Shown piece after piece: positions 17,967-27,942 of a DNA stretch of 64,000 nucleotides. The position numbers and the translations under genes are program-made. The notes beneath the pieces are model-generated. The model saw only the letters and a program-made list of their open reading frames with translations. It made no database searches and was not told where the DNA came from. Source of the stretch: a virus. Position 1 is the first letter of the stretch. Each line of letters begins with the position of its first letter. The DNA lies in the IMG/VR virus record IMGVR_UViG_3300014202_001519; one strand, written 5' to 3'.

Positions 17967-19218
17967 GAACTACTTCGTCGGTGACAACAAAAGTCTGACC
18001 CTTCCCATCATCCAGGTTATATTGCAATTCAAGCATCAAGTCTTCGACCACACCACGCAATGCTCTTGCGCCAGTGTTGCCCTTCAAAGCTTTCTTTGCA
18101 ATTTCTCGAATGCCAGTATCCGAAAATTCGAGATTGATGTTGTGATAGCGAAACAGCTTCTTATACTGTTTGAGCAACGCACTCTTAGGCTCAGTCAAAA
18201 CCTTGACCAGTGCCTCTTCGTTCAACTCCTGTAGAGCCGTGATGATAGGCAGACGCCCAACAAACTCAGGGATAAGGCCGAAGTGAATCAGGTCATCAGC
18301 CGTCGTTTGAGCGAGCAGCCAATCACGCTCTTTCTTCTTATCAAGGTCATGCTCATCGACCTTAGCCCCAAAGCCGATGCTTCTCTTGCCGATTCGTCGG
18401 CCAACAATATCCTCAAGCCCCACAAACGCTCCACCGCAGATGAAGAGAATGTTCGTAGTATCAATCTGGATATATTGCTGTTCAGGATGCTTGCGACCAC
18501 CATGCGGCGGCACGTTGGCCAACGTACCTTCCAACATCTTGAGCAGAGCTTGCTGGACGCCTTCACCTGACACGTCACGGGTAATGCTGACGTTCTGGCT
18601 AGTCTTGCCGATCTTGTCGATTTCATCAATGTAAATGATGCCCGTCTGAGCGCGTTCCAAGTCGAAATCGGCAGCACGAATCAATCGTAGCAGCAAGTTT
18701 TCAACGTCTTCACCGACATAACCAGCTTCGGTCAAAGTGGTTGCGTCACCAATGGCGAAAGGAACATCAAGTGCCTTAGCCAGCTTTTGGCAAAGCAAAG
18801 TCTTTCCCGAACCCGTAGGACCAATGAGCAGGATGTTGCTCTTGTCGATTTCCACGTTATCAAGTGGATCACTAGATTCCTTTGCTCTCTTGATTTTGTC
18901 GTCGTCTACCAATCGTGTATAGTGGTTGTTTACGCCCACAGCAAGCACTTTCTTCGCTCTGTCTTGGCCAATTACATCTTGGCTAAGAAGCTCGAAAATA
19001 TGCTTCGGGCTTGGAATACGGGAAGGAACATGAACGGAACCAGCATTTTTTTGTCTCATAACGTTTGTGCAAATCTCCACACATTTTTTACAGATATAGA
19101 CAGGACTCTCGCCCACAGCTTTACCGTTGTTTGGACCACCTTGCCCCTCGACCATTCCTTCTTCTGAATTTCCGCAAAAATCGCAGAAGTAACGTACACC
19201 CTTTTTCTTTCTAGTCAT
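17917..19218 (-). CDS. clpX: ATP-dependent Clp protease ATP-binding subunit ClpX
   Basis: C4 zinc finger, [46 protein letters not shown] loop and GARALR. Confidence 0.97.
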   Translation of the reverse strand: MTRKKKGVRYFCDFCGNSEEGMVEGQGGPNNGKAVGESPVYICKKCVEICTNVMRQKNAGSVHVPSRIPSPKHIFELLSQDVIGQDRAKKVLAVGVNNHYTRLVDDDKIKRAKESSDPLDNVEIDKSNILLIGPTGSGKTLLCQKLAKALDVPFAIGDATTLTEAGYVGEDVENLLLRLIRAADFDLERAQTGIIYIDEIDKIGKTSQNVSITRDVSGEGVQQALLKMLEGTLANVPPHGGRKHPEQQYIQIDTTNILFICGGAFVGLEDIVGRRIGKRSIGFGAKVDEHDLDKKKERDWLLAQTTADDLIHFGLIPEFVGRLPIITALQELNEEALVKVLTEPKSALLKQYKKLFRYHNINLEFSDTGIREIAKKALKGNTGARALRGVVEDLMLELQYNLDDGKGQTFVVTDEVVRGEKSLIPLVGETKAA

Positions 19219-19287
19219 CGCCTCTCCTTTTCATTGTATTGTCGGAATCGTAGACAGCACATTACTTTACTACATTTTCAGGTGTTG

Positions 19288-20121
19288 TCAAATACTAACC
19301 TTTGACTCCCGCAACTCCATTAGTAGGGGAACCACATCAACAACTCTTAGCTTAACTTTCAACGCCTCATCTTCTATTGTTTCAAGTACAGTAATTAGTT
19401 CAGGCAAATCAGCATGTTCTAGCTCTGGTCTATCTAATGCTTCACATATATCTTTCCGCATTTTATATAATAAGGTGAGCAGTCTGGCGTGTGCTAATTC
19501 ATTCTGCCCAACAACACCCATAAATATAAATATTGCACCAGCTAGGTAATATCCATTATAAAAAGCTAGTACAGCCAAAATAGCCCCGCCAACTTGCCCA
19601 AATCTAACCGCCCACCATGTCCCCCTTTTATGGCCGAGCATAATGCTCAAACACGCTCTTAAAACCCTGCCGCCATCCATAGGATATATCGGCAATAAAT
19701 TAAACGCAAAGATAACAAAATTGCTAGTCGCCATAACCAAACAAACAAGGAACATGCCAAAGTATTCTAGATAAGCAAAAACTATAAATGCTGGCATAAA
19801 TATCATGAAAAATCCTAAACTAACCAATGGCCCAGCTAGAGCTACCAGAATCTCTTCTTTAGGTTTGTAATGCTTGAAAGTTATCTGAGCTATACCGCCT
19901 ATTGGTAGAATGGTAATGTCATGAACAGGCCAATTAAATCTCCTGGCCATGAAACAGTGACCATATTCGTGCAGCAGCACAAAGAATAAGGAAAATATGT
20001 AAATAGCTACTGCTAATATGCCAAGGTCTTCCCTGGTGTGATATATGAACAATACGAATGGCAGTGTTAATATGTTGAAGTATAATGGAATACCAAAATA
20101 ATCAGCTATTCTCAAATTCAT
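19288..20121 (-). CDS. site-2 protease (M50 family)
   Basis: HEYGH, AGPLVS and FNLLPIYPMDGGRVLR; multiple TM segments. Confidence 0.92.
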   Translation of the reverse strand: MNLRIADYFGIPLYFNILTLPFVLFIYHTREDLGILAVAIYIFSLFFVLLHEYGHCFMARRFNWPVHDITILPIGGIAQITFKHYKPKEEILVALAGPLVSLGFFMIFMPAFIVFAYLEYFGMFLVCLVMATSNFVIFAFNLLPIYPMDGGRVLRACLSIMLGHKRGTWWAVRFGQVGGAILAVLAFYNGYYLAGAIFIFMGVVGQNELAHARLLTLLYKMRKDICEALDRPELEHADLPELITVLETIEDEALKVKLRVVDVVPLLMELRESKVSI

Positions 20122-20154
20122 TTTATACCTACTATAATGTTATAAAGGAGTATT

Positions 20155-20721
20155 ATGCGTCTCGATCACATCGCTTACCGAGTAGCCGACAGAAAGAAAA
20201 CGGCAGACTTCTTCATTGATGCTCTAGGATACAAGATTCAACAAGAATTTTCCATACAATTTGATGACGGAACAACTGCGCAATGTATTGCCTTGGAGCC
20301 TTCAGAGAAAACCACGAAAGCACCCTGGACGTTTACCCATCATTGGACTAATGAAACATGGCATCCAAACCGCAAGAGTCAGGAACAAGTATATCATATG
20401 CCTCCTGAAATATTTGTTAGTGACGGTCCTCCAGGTAGTATTGTAGGCGATTGGGTCACAGCGCGTAATGGTATTGGTGGCATTCACCACATCGCCTATC
20501 AGGTTGATAGTGTCAAACAAAAGATGGATGAATGGAAGGCCAGAGGCTATGCAGAGTTCAGTAGTGATGAACCTATGAAGTGCCCTGGACTAACTCAAGT
20601 TTTCACGAAGCCTTCCGCTCTGACAGGCGTTATTTATGAGTTTATTGAGCGTGGGGAACATGGCTTCTGTGCGGACAATGTTAAAAACTTAATGCTGGCT
20701 ACAGCCGAGAATAAAGGATAA
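20155..20721 (+). CDS. VOC/glyoxalase family protein (HPPD-like)
   Basis: LDHIAYRV, GGIHHIAYQV and GVIYEFIER; SD AAGGAG. Confidence 0.8.
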   Translation: MRLDHIAYRVADRKKTADFFIDALGYKIQQEFSIQFDDGTTAQCIALEPSEKTTKAPWTFTHHWTNETWHPNRKSQEQVYHMPPEIFVSDGPPGSIVGDWVTARNGIGGIHHIAYQVDSVKQKMDEWKARGYAEFSSDEPMKCPGLTQVFTKPSALTGVIYEFIERGEHGFCADNVKNLMLATAENKG

Positions 20722-20722
20722 T

Positions 20723-21187
20723 ATGAAATCAGTTAATTTACCAGATGACTTAGAAAGTCCAAATGACAAATTCTTCACCCATCCAGTCGTAGATTGGTTC
20801 CTGACCAACGCTGGTTCAACCGAAACCATCGACTGGAGTGAAATGGTTGATACTAAAGACAAGGAAAATAAGTATAAGAAACTATTAACCAAGTTATTAG
20901 ATATCACCGAAATGCTTGTTAAAAAGGGTGGCAAAGGTTATTTTTGGCTAGTTGTTTCACCACAAGTGAGCAACATCTTTACTGCCATGAAGCCACTATT
21001 CGTATCAGATTGCCTTGACCAATTTCCACTAGGATATCCTATTGTGTTATACATGGGTTGCTTGGACAAGCGTTGGAGAATCTATTCTGACCTTGCATTG
21101 ACAAATGATACAATGCTCATGGGAAGTTGTTTCTCCAGAAAGCACGCCAATTTCTACTGTAAGATTAAAGTAGAGAACTACAAATAA
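20723..21187 (+). CDS. protein resembling the C-terminal part of T4 gp23-like major capsid protein
   Basis: KGYFWLVVSPQVSNIF...MGCLDKRWRIYSD...MLMG resembles gp23-type NWLVTSP...GTL..RWKVY.DP; recognised by eye. Confidence 0.5.
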   Translation: MKSVNLPDDLESPNDKFFTHPVVDWFLTNAGSTETIDWSEMVDTKDKENKYKKLLTKLLDITEMLVKKGGKGYFWLVVSPQVSNIFTAMKPLFVSDCLDQFPLGYPIVLYMGCLDKRWRIYSDLALTNDTMLMGSCFSRKHANFYCKIKVENYK

Positions 21188-21218
21188 AAAAAAGGGTGGC
21201 TTTTAGCCACCCTTTTTT
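21186..21218. terminator. bidirectional rho-independent terminator
   Basis: aaaaaagggtggct-ttt-agccacccttttt between convergent genes. Confidence 0.85.
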
Positions 21219-21219
21219 G

Positions 21220-21597
21220 TCACACCTCTTCCAAGGCATAACGTGCGGGACGAGTTTTTGGTTTAGTCTTCCGCTTAAACTCAGCATCCCCAATGAGTAC
21301 CTGCTGAACGATATTGCGGAAGTTCTTGCCGCTGGTGGTTTTATAACCAGCTTCAAGTACAAACTCCGCAATTTCCTTCACAGTCAGTGGTTCATTGCTG
21401 CTGTTCAAGACGTTCTTGACGAAAATCTTCAGTGGCTTTTGCTCTTTCAAAGCACCACCAATCAATTTCGCCAACCGCTGATCGCAAGATGCGAGTAGCG
21501 ACCGAGCTTTATCAATATCACTCTTGATGCTCTCTGCTTCATGTGAGTGATGTGTCAAAAGCTGTTGTAGCTGAGATAGAGAAGGATTGGCGTCCAA
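21220..21597 (-). CDS. coiled-coil plus winged-helix DNA-binding protein
   Basis: LTVKEIAEFVLEAGYKTTSGKNFRNIVQQVL. Confidence 0.6.
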   Translation of the reverse strand: MDANPSLSQLQQLLTHHSHEAESIKSDIDKARSLLASCDQRLAKLIGGALKEQKPLKIFVKNVLNSSNEPLTVKEIAEFVLEAGYKTTSGKNFRNIVQQVLIGDAEFKRKTKPKTRPARYALEEV

Positions 21598-21614
21598 CTT
21601 TAGCCCCTTTTCAG

Positions 21615-21947
21615 TTACAGCAAGTCAATAAGCTTCTTCGCTTCTTCCTTGCCAAGCTTGTCAATCAATTCCTTGACGTTCTTGACCACATCAAGAACGT
21701 TCGTCCGTGGCTTGGGCGGAAGTGGAGTAATAAACTGAGGCAGCTTGGACGGAAGTGGCTGGACGGCCTGACGTTCCATCTGCATATCCTTACGGACATG
21801 GTAGAAGGTAGCATCAGCCAAGGTCAACTTGTGGTTCTTCATGAACCACTTCTTAGCTGCACCGAAGGATGCTTCAACGCCCAACTCAGTCAGGCATTCA
21901 CGGACCAGCAGCTTCTTTCGTCCCTTGGGGACAGTGACGGTAGACAT
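21615..21947 (-). CDS. small basic putative DNA-binding protein
   Basis: Lys-rich; ends NVLDVVKNVKELIDKLGKEEAKKLIDLL. Confidence 0.5.
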   Translation of the reverse strand: MSTVTVPKGRKKLLVRECLTELGVEASFGAAKKWFMKNHKLTLADATFYHVRKDMQMERQAVQPLPSKLPQFITPLPPKPRTNVLDVVKNVKELIDKLGKEEAKKLIDLL

Positions 21948-21966
21948 GATAATTCCTTTGGGTGTT

Positions 21967-22010
21967 TTAAGAATAAAGCCTCTGCGCAATTACAGAGGCT
22001 TTATTCTTAA
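21967..22010 (-). terminator. hairpin terminator
   Basis: ttaagaataaagcctctg / cagaggctttattcttaa 18-bp inverted repeat. Confidence 0.7.
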
Positions 22011-22025
22011 GGGTTGGGATTTTGA

Positions 22026-22550
22026 TTAGGCAGCCGCCGCGATGGAATACTTCTTGGTCTTGTCGTCGCGGTTGATAGCCTTTTCCTCTCTGAGGGCATT
22101 GATTGCCTGAGAAATGACAGCGGAAAGGCTCTTGGCATGAGACGTATATTCCTTGCGGTCGATCATAGCCTGGACTTCGGTTCTGATACCGCCCAAATCC
22201 AGACCATCGGGATTCTTGCTCAGAACCGTCTGAACGACTTCCTTCAAGGATGGATACTTGCCATCCCCTTCCTTCTTCTGGCGGGGAGCGCGGGGAGCGC
22301 CACTGCCAGACTTCTTGGCGGGTGCCGTCTGAACAACGGTGCCCAGGCGCTTTTGAAGCTCCCCCAGCACGGCATTCAAATCGGCCTTGACCGTCTCATA
22401 CTCCGTGACGGAAGCCTTGAGAACGTCATGACGTTCAGCAGTCTTCGTCAACTTCTCACTCAACTGAGCCGTGGTCAGATCGGCCAGAGTAGGAGCGGGA
22501 GCAGCAACAGGGGCGGCGGCGGGAGCGGGAGCAGAAGCTGTGTTAGACAT
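22026..22550 (-). CDS. coiled-coil plus winged-helix nucleoid-type protein
   Basis: Ala/Pro N-terminus, coiled coil, basic linker and SLKEVVQTVL...ISQAINAL. Confidence 0.55.
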   Translation of the reverse strand: MSNTASAPAPAAAPVAAPAPTLADLTTAQLSEKLTKTAERHDVLKASVTEYETVKADLNAVLGELQKRLGTVVQTAPAKKSGSGAPRAPRQKKEGDGKYPSLKEVVQTVLSKNPDGLDLGGIRTEVQAMIDRKEYTSHAKSLSAVISQAINALREEKAINRDDKTKKYSIAAAA

Positions 22551-22763
22551 AGGACAAACTCCGTAAGACCCTTTTTTGAAAGAAGTTATGACGATTCCGA
22601 TACGCGGGTCTAAGACGTTATTGGAATCGCCATTCATTAGCAACACCCTTATAATACTCCGCGCTTTGACTTTGTAAAGGGCGGAAAAATTGGATTTTTA
22701 GAATTTACTTAAGCTTACTCCAGTAAAAGCATTAGGGCACACACTTTTAAAAAGGGGTATCGA

Positions 22764-22952
22764 ATGCTAGTGCTAAGCCGAAAAAAGGATGAGACAATTC
22801 TAATCAAACAGCCAGGACAGAATCCAATCAGGATCACAGTGGTACGCATTGACAACAAGAATAAGGTACGACTAGGGATAGAAGCAGACAAGGAGGTTAC
22901 GGTCTTAAGGTCTGAACTAGAAACCGTGAACGCACATCCACTACCGCAATAA
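22764..22952 (+). CDS. csrA: carbon storage regulator CsrA
   Basis: MLVLSRKKDETILI...VRLGIEADKEVTVLRSEL. Confidence 0.95.
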   Translation: MLVLSRKKDETILIKQPGQNPIRITVVRIDNKNKVRLGIEADKEVTVLRSELETVNAHPLPQ

Positions 22953-23918
22953 GTCACTGATAGAGCCGCCTTCATCATGAATGCGGCGAATCGCCCTGGC
23001 AAATAGTTTGGTTGTGCTTAGGACTTTTATTTTAGCCTTAATATCGTCAGCCACCCGTAATGGTATGGTGTCGGTCACAACCAACCGCTGTAATTTGCCT
23101 AAATTTTCGTTGACGTTCCCTACACATAATGGGTGGGTGGCACATGCTGCATAAAGCGTGCCACCGAACTTCTCAACTGTCTCACTGGCCTTGACCAGTG
23201 TGGACCCGCTGGCAATCATATCATCAACGACAAGGATGATCTTACCTTTCACGTCATCGGTAATACGACTACCGTGAACTATATCCCCTTCCCGTATCTT
23301 GTCCAAATGAACAAGATCAATCTTCCTGTTCATTTTTATAGCAAGCTTTTTACGGAAACGCTCTGCACGTTCGGTGCCACCACTGTCTGGAGACAGCACC
23401 GCAATCTCGGCAGGGTTCTCTTTTAATTCCGTTGCCAAATATTCAGCCATGATGTTCTTGGCTTCCAAATGATCCGTGCGGCAACGGCGGAAATCATTCT
23501 GATAGACTTTTAAGCTATGCACATCCATTGTGAGGACACGATTCAACCCAGCCATTTCTAACATCATAGCTGTATATTTGGTATGAATGCCAGCCCTACT
23601 CTCTGTCTTTCGGTCTTGTCGTTGGTAGCTAAAATAAGGTGTTACCAAAGTAATACGTTCCGCACTTGCATCCCACAATGATCCAATAAAGAAGCAGAGT
23701 TTAACAAACTTGTCGTTAACTGACTCATTCTCATCCGAGTATAAAGACTGGATAATGTAACAATCACAGCCTCTAACATTTTCGTCAGCACGCACATATG
23801 GTTCTTTATCGGGGAAATACTTTTCAACATGCTTAGCGAGACTTACATCGAGGTGATCCGCTATTGCTTCCGCGTATTTTACAGTAGCATTCATACCGAA
23901 TATGCGTAGATTGTTCAT
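22941..23918 (-). CDS. prs: ribose-phosphate pyrophosphokinase
   Basis: PYFSYQRQDRK, TMDVHS, SPDSGG and VVDDMIASGSTL. Confidence 0.95.
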   Translation of the reverse strand: MNNLRIFGMNATVKYAEAIADHLDVSLAKHVEKYFPDKEPYVRADENVRGCDCYIIQSLYSDENESVNDKFVKLCFFIGSLWDASAERITLVTPYFSYQRQDRKTESRAGIHTKYTAMMLEMAGLNRVLTMDVHSLKVYQNDFRRCRTDHLEAKNIMAEYLATELKENPAEIAVLSPDSGGTERAERFRKKLAIKMNRKIDLVHLDKIREGDIVHGSRITDDVKGKIILVVDDMIASGSTLVKASETVEKFGGTLYAACATHPLCVGNVNENLGKLQRLVVTDTIPLRVADDIKAKIKVLSTTKLFARAIRRIHDEGGSISDLLR

Positions 23919-24763
23919 TTTTGTAGTCTCGCAGCTTCCACCGTGTTGTGTAACAGCATAGCAACCGTCATCGGCCCCACACCACCAGGGACAGGCGTAA
24001 TGGCCCGAACCTTGTCAGTTACCGCTATGTGACAATCGCCCACCACCTTACCATTGACTCTATTAATACCAACATCAATGATGATTTGATGTGGTTTAAC
24101 CATATCCTCAGTTAAAAAATCAGGGATGCCCACAGCAACCACTATTATATCTGCTGCCAGACATAGCCCTTTAAGTTGATGCGATGGAGTGTTATCGTGG
24201 CATACAGTTACAGTAGAGTTCGCATACTCCCCATTATCCTGCATTAACATAGATGAAAGCGGCTTACCAACCACGTTGCTGCGGTTAATAACCACCACAT
24301 GTTGACCACGCAGCGGTAAACCATTCTGAACTATAAGCTCCCGAACCGCATGGGGTGTCGGCGGTAAAAACCTTGGGCGATTCTGAACTAATAGTCCTAC
24401 GTTATCTGGATGGAATACATCCACGTCCTTTATGGGGTTAATGTAATCGAAGATTCTGAAACTATCCCAGCCATCGGGCAACGGTAACTGGACTAAGATG
24501 CCACTACACGGATCATGACCATAAAGAAACTGGAGCATAGTCAGCACTTGTCGCTGTTGGTCAGCCTTGAAGTTATGAATTTCTGATTGAATGCCCACCG
24601 ATGCACAGGCTTCTTGTTTCTTTTTAACGTATATCGCACTTGCGGAATCTTCTCCTACGAGGATTACGTCGAGTCTAGGGGTTAGTTTTTCGTCTTGTAT
24701 TATTGTTCTAATCTTATTTTTAACATTTTCTGCTATTGGCAATCCTTTGAGTAACAAAGCCAT
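23915..24763 (-). CDS. folD: methylenetetrahydrofolate dehydrogenase/cyclohydrolase
   Basis: YVKKK, GILVQLPLP, KDVD, RSNVVGKP, IDVGINR and TPVPGGVGPMT. Confidence 0.97.
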   Translation of the reverse strand: MALLLKGLPIAENVKNKIRTIIQDEKLTPRLDVILVGEDSASAIYVKKKQEACASVGIQSEIHNFKADQQRQVLTMLQFLYGHDPCSGILVQLPLPDGWDSFRIFDYINPIKDVDVFHPDNVGLLVQNRPRFLPPTPHAVRELIVQNGLPLRGQHVVVINRSNVVGKPLSSMLMQDNGEYANSTVTVCHDNTPSHQLKGLCLAADIIVVAVGIPDFLTEDMVKPHQIIIDVGINRVNGKVVGDCHIAVTDKVRAITPVPGGVGPMTVAMLLHNTVEAARLQK

Positions 24764-24773
24764 TATTTATCCT

Positions 24774-25301
24774 CTATACTGAAAATCCAGATGTAATCCA
24801 TCCAAAATTGATAGTATGAACTTCAAAAAACCCTTCCGTCCAATCTGGTGTTTCATATTGCTTATCATGTTCGGTGGCTACATTTAACCAGTAGTCATAA
24901 GAGTGACCACGGTTGTCCTTTTCAAATCGCCTTTTCGCATGAACTTCAGCAGCATCTTTAGGAAACACAATAGCATGGCATTCTACATCAAAACTATCAG
25001 CCAGGGCAACCCATCTTTTACGGGCTTTTCTACTGATGTTTAGTCCACGATCCACAATAACATTTCGACCCAAGGATACGCCGACACTAATTACGGTGTT
25101 CTCCAGGGTCTTATAAAGGATTTTCAGCTTTTTGTCGTATAGAGTATAATCGTCTGCATGAACCATATTTACGATGGCGTCGTCATTCATTATGACCGCG
25201 CCTTTTTTGGAAGCGGTTCGGCAATAGGTTGATTTACCACTGGCAATCATCCCAACAAGAACATAGATTTTTGGTGTCATGGCCTGATTGTATTCGGCCA
25301 C
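24774..25301 (-). CDS. P-loop kinase (AAA_33/PNK-like)
   Basis: VLVGMIASGKST and VIVDRGLN. Confidence 0.8.
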   Translation of the reverse strand: MAEYNQAMTPKIYVLVGMIASGKSTYCRTASKKGAVIMNDDAIVNMVHADDYTLYDKKLKILYKTLENTVISVGVSLGRNVIVDRGLNISRKARKRWVALADSFDVECHAIVFPKDAAEVHAKRRFEKDNRGHSYDYWLNVATEHDKQYETPDWTEGFFEVHTINFGWITSGFSV

Positions 25302-25311
25302 GGAAAATAAA

Positions 25312-25596
25312 TCAATGTATTCCTAATTCCTTGATCGCTTTTTGAAATTCGTCGTGAGAGTAAGAGTTATCTTCCACCAGAGAATAAACGAGAATAGCTT
25401 CGTGTTCTGCGAGTTTAGTATCTGAAATCAATTCATCAACTCCATGATACCTGTTTTTGCGTACCAACCATGAAGCTGATAGCAGGCGATTGGGAACATT
25501 GCTTTCAAAGATTCGTTGACAATTAATGCAACTGGCTAATCCGTTAACTAGCGCTTCGGGGATTCCAGTGCCGCAGTGGGGACAAACTAAAATCAT
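25312..25596 (-). CDS. zinc-ribbon hypothetical protein
   Basis: CPHC...CINC. Confidence 0.5.
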   Translation of the reverse strand: MILVCPHCGTGIPEALVNGLASCINCQRIFESNVPNRLLSASWLVRKNRYHGVDELISDTKLAEHEAILVYSLVEDNSYSHDEFQKAIKELGIH

Positions 25597-25625
25597 ATTC
25601 TTAGGTATATATTCATATTAAAACA

Positions 25626-25656
25626 AAAAGGACAGGCATTTCTGCCTGTCCTTTTT
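25626..25656 (-). terminator. rho-independent terminator
   Basis: aaaaaggacaggca-ttt-ctgcctgtccttttt. Confidence 0.8.
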
Positions 25657-25675
25657 GCCTTGGCGGAACAGCGGT

Positions 25676-26953
25676 CTACGCACTGAGTTTCTTTAAGACG
25701 TTATTAATGTCTTCTTCGCCATCCAGAATCGACTGATAAGCGATTCTGAACACTTCAAGGATTTTCAGGTCCGCTAAGCTGAAATCCTTCTTTTCAATCA
25801 TTTCTTCTACCAATTCTAACTGTTTCTTAATCTTCGGGGCACGCAAAGCGTTTAGGAACCCACTAGCTTCCCGAAGATGCTTAGACTTTACCATCGGCTT
25901 CGAGGTTGCAGCCTTAACCTGCTTTCGCTTTTTCGTCTTTTCGATAGCTTGCTCAGCGGCGGTTTCAAGTTCCGCAATTGCTTCGGGAGATTCACCCTTG
26001 GCCTTAGCTTCTTCCACTTCGGCTTGAGCTAATTCTTCGCCAATTTCCGCCTTCTCCAGAAGCTTTTCGTTCTTGGTCTGAAGTGCCGCATGAGCAGCCA
26101 GCGCCTTCTTCCAAGCATCTTTTAGCCAAGTCTGACGAACAGCCGTGTCCTTGACCTTGGCTAAATCCAAGGCCACCTTACGATTGATGTTGTTGGCTAG
26201 AAGGAAGTTAAAGCAAAACTCGTCTAATTCATTCAAGCTGCATGTCTCGGCAAGCCACGGCTTGCTCTTATTGAGCAGCTTACAGATTTCTTCATCTTTA
26301 AGACCCTTAGAATAAAGGGTCTTAACCAGACGGGCATTAGCCCCGTCACCCCACTTAACATTGGTTTCGCTAATAGCACAAGCTCGCATGAACGCTTCTT
26401 GTTCGGTCATGCATTCAATGCGGCACAGCACCTTTGAATATACTTCTGTAGCTGGCATGAACTGCTTGTGCTGTTGACTATAAACATTAAGTTTATCGTC
26501 CCGCATACGTTCAAGGCAGCGGTAGCGACGTTCACCATCATGAACGCGAACCCTGATTGCGGGCGGCTCACTCATGGTGAAGAAGCACTGAAGTTCATAC
26601 TTCTGACCGTTCTGGACTAGATCAGTCAGCAATTCCCGCATTTCAGCCTTGCTAAAGCCTTGTCCAAGAAAAAACTCTGTAGCCTCATCCTTGTCATCTT
26701 CATACTGTCCAAGGTGACGGGGATTGAAAAATCGAAATTCTTTTTCTTCCCCATTCATTTCCTTGGCGATTTCAAGCAGGCTCCAATCAACCAAATACAA
26801 TCCGTCCTCGCTGATAGGCGTTATGCCTTCGGGCAGATCATATTCCTCATTATTTATCACGATCTTGTTTGTGGTGGCTTCCATAGCCAACTCCTTCTTA
26901 ATGGGCGATGCCAAAGATGCTAGAAATTGTAGTTCTTGTGCGGACGGCGGCAA
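25676..26953 (-). CDS. ParB/Srx-like domain protein with HTH and coiled coil
   Basis: VHDGERRYRCL box II-like motif; EICKLLNKSKPWL HTH. Confidence 0.65.
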   Translation of the reverse strand: MPPSAQELQFLASLASPIKKELAMEATTNKIVINNEEYDLPEGITPISEDGLYLVDWSLLEIAKEMNGEEKEFRFFNPRHLGQYEDDKDEATEFFLGQGFSKAEMRELLTDLVQNGQKYELQCFFTMSEPPAIRVRVHDGERRYRCLERMRDDKLNVYSQQHKQFMPATEVYSKVLCRIECMTEQEAFMRACAISETNVKWGDGANARLVKTLYSKGLKDEEICKLLNKSKPWLAETCSLNELDEFCFNFLLANNINRKVALDLAKVKDTAVRQTWLKDAWKKALAAHAALQTKNEKLLEKAEIGEELAQAEVEEAKAKGESPEAIAELETAAEQAIEKTKKRKQVKAATSKPMVKSKHLREASGFLNALRAPKIKKQLELVEEMIEKKDFSLADLKILEVFRIAYQSILDGEEDINNVLKKLSA

Positions 26954-27555
26954 CGGATCAACCAGTTTACTTCATATTCCTTTTGTCCAAAGTTGTCAAT
27001 AGTCGAATTTAATTTGCGTAAAACAAGACCTTCCACTTCGTCTCCACGATCCTTCACAAATTCCTCCTTGAATCCAGAGTAAAAAGTCGGTGCCAGCAAA
27101 ATATTATCGGAGACAACGTATCCCATTGCCCGCATACTATCAAGCTTAGTTGGGTTGCCGCACACTTTGGCAAGAAGTTCCAAGCGTCCTACTTGATTAG
27201 GACTCAAAAACAAGTATTTGTCGTAGTGCAAAATATCAAAAAGCACAATCTTGTGCTTCGTGTCAGCAGCAGTAGTCTTAGAGAGTAGTTCAGCGTCCAG
27301 CCAGACCTCAATACCCTTTGGCAACCCTGGCAATGCCAGGATTTCACTTTTTACAGATTCAGGCATTGCATATGTGCGGTGTGCCCGACCGTGGCGGCTG
27401 TAGCTGGAAACCTGACCATCTGCGCTAATGTGAATTGGATTACGAGAGCCGTTATACTTAGGTTGAGCGCAGTAGAGATTCAACGATTCATAGTACCCAA
27501 GCTCACCAGGCGGAATCGCGCCCTTTGGCCTGGGTGGGAAGATTATACTGTTCAT
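26920..27555 (-). CDS. stand-alone ligase-type nucleotidyltransferase (adenylation) domain
   Basis: AQPKYNGSR, LDAELL, VLFDIL and EGLVLRK; no OB domain. Confidence 0.8.
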   Translation of the reverse strand: MNSIIFPPRPKGAIPPGELGYYESLNLYCAQPKYNGSRNPIHISADGQVSSYSRHGRAHRTYAMPESVKSEILALPGLPKGIEVWLDAELLSKTTAADTKHKIVLFDILHYDKYLFLSPNQVGRLELLAKVCGNPTKLDSMRAMGYVVSDNILLAPTFYSGFKEEFVKDRGDEVEGLVLRKLNSTIDNFGQKEYEVNWLIRCRRPHKNYNF

Positions 27556-27660
27556 TTGTATAGATGATATTGTTCGTCGGGCATCCGTAGCTCACTCACT
27601 AATGATAGCACGAAAACTACCAATGGTAAAATGGATTCCACAAACGACGTAAACCCTTAA

Positions 27661-27942
27661 CTAGACTACAGTAACGTCATCCGATATTTCAAAAAACACA
27701 CCTCCGATTTGTTTCACCACTGTAATCACCATCTGTTTCTGATAGTAAGTCTTTACTTGTCCACGAATAGAAATTTTGTTTCCATTACATTCAACTTGAA
27801 TTTTCCCCATTTTAGTATGACCATTTTCCTTAAGTCCTTTCTCTAAAGCGAGTCGAATCTCAGAAACCAGTTTTGTTTTTTTCATTGTCGCGTGGTTTAT
27901 GGGGAGGTAAGCTACATACATATTCGCAAGGAGGCTAATCAT
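27661..27942 (-). CDS. BON-domain protein
   Basis: IQVECNGNKISIRGQVKTYYQKQMV...GGV...DDVTV. Confidence 0.75.
   Translation of the reverse strand: MISLLANMYVAYLPINHATMKKTKLVSEIRLALEKGLKENGHTKMGKIQVECNGNKISIRGQVKTYYQKQMVITVVKQIGGVFFEISDDVTVV

Noticed and set aside
22941-23918. Prs as the Adps enzyme of an NAD+ reconstitution (NARP1) pathway
   Set aside because: No NAMPT-like partner is adjacent or in the window, and it is coupled to folD. Ordinary PRPP supply for purC/pyrE is simpler, though a partner elsewhere in the genome is not excluded.
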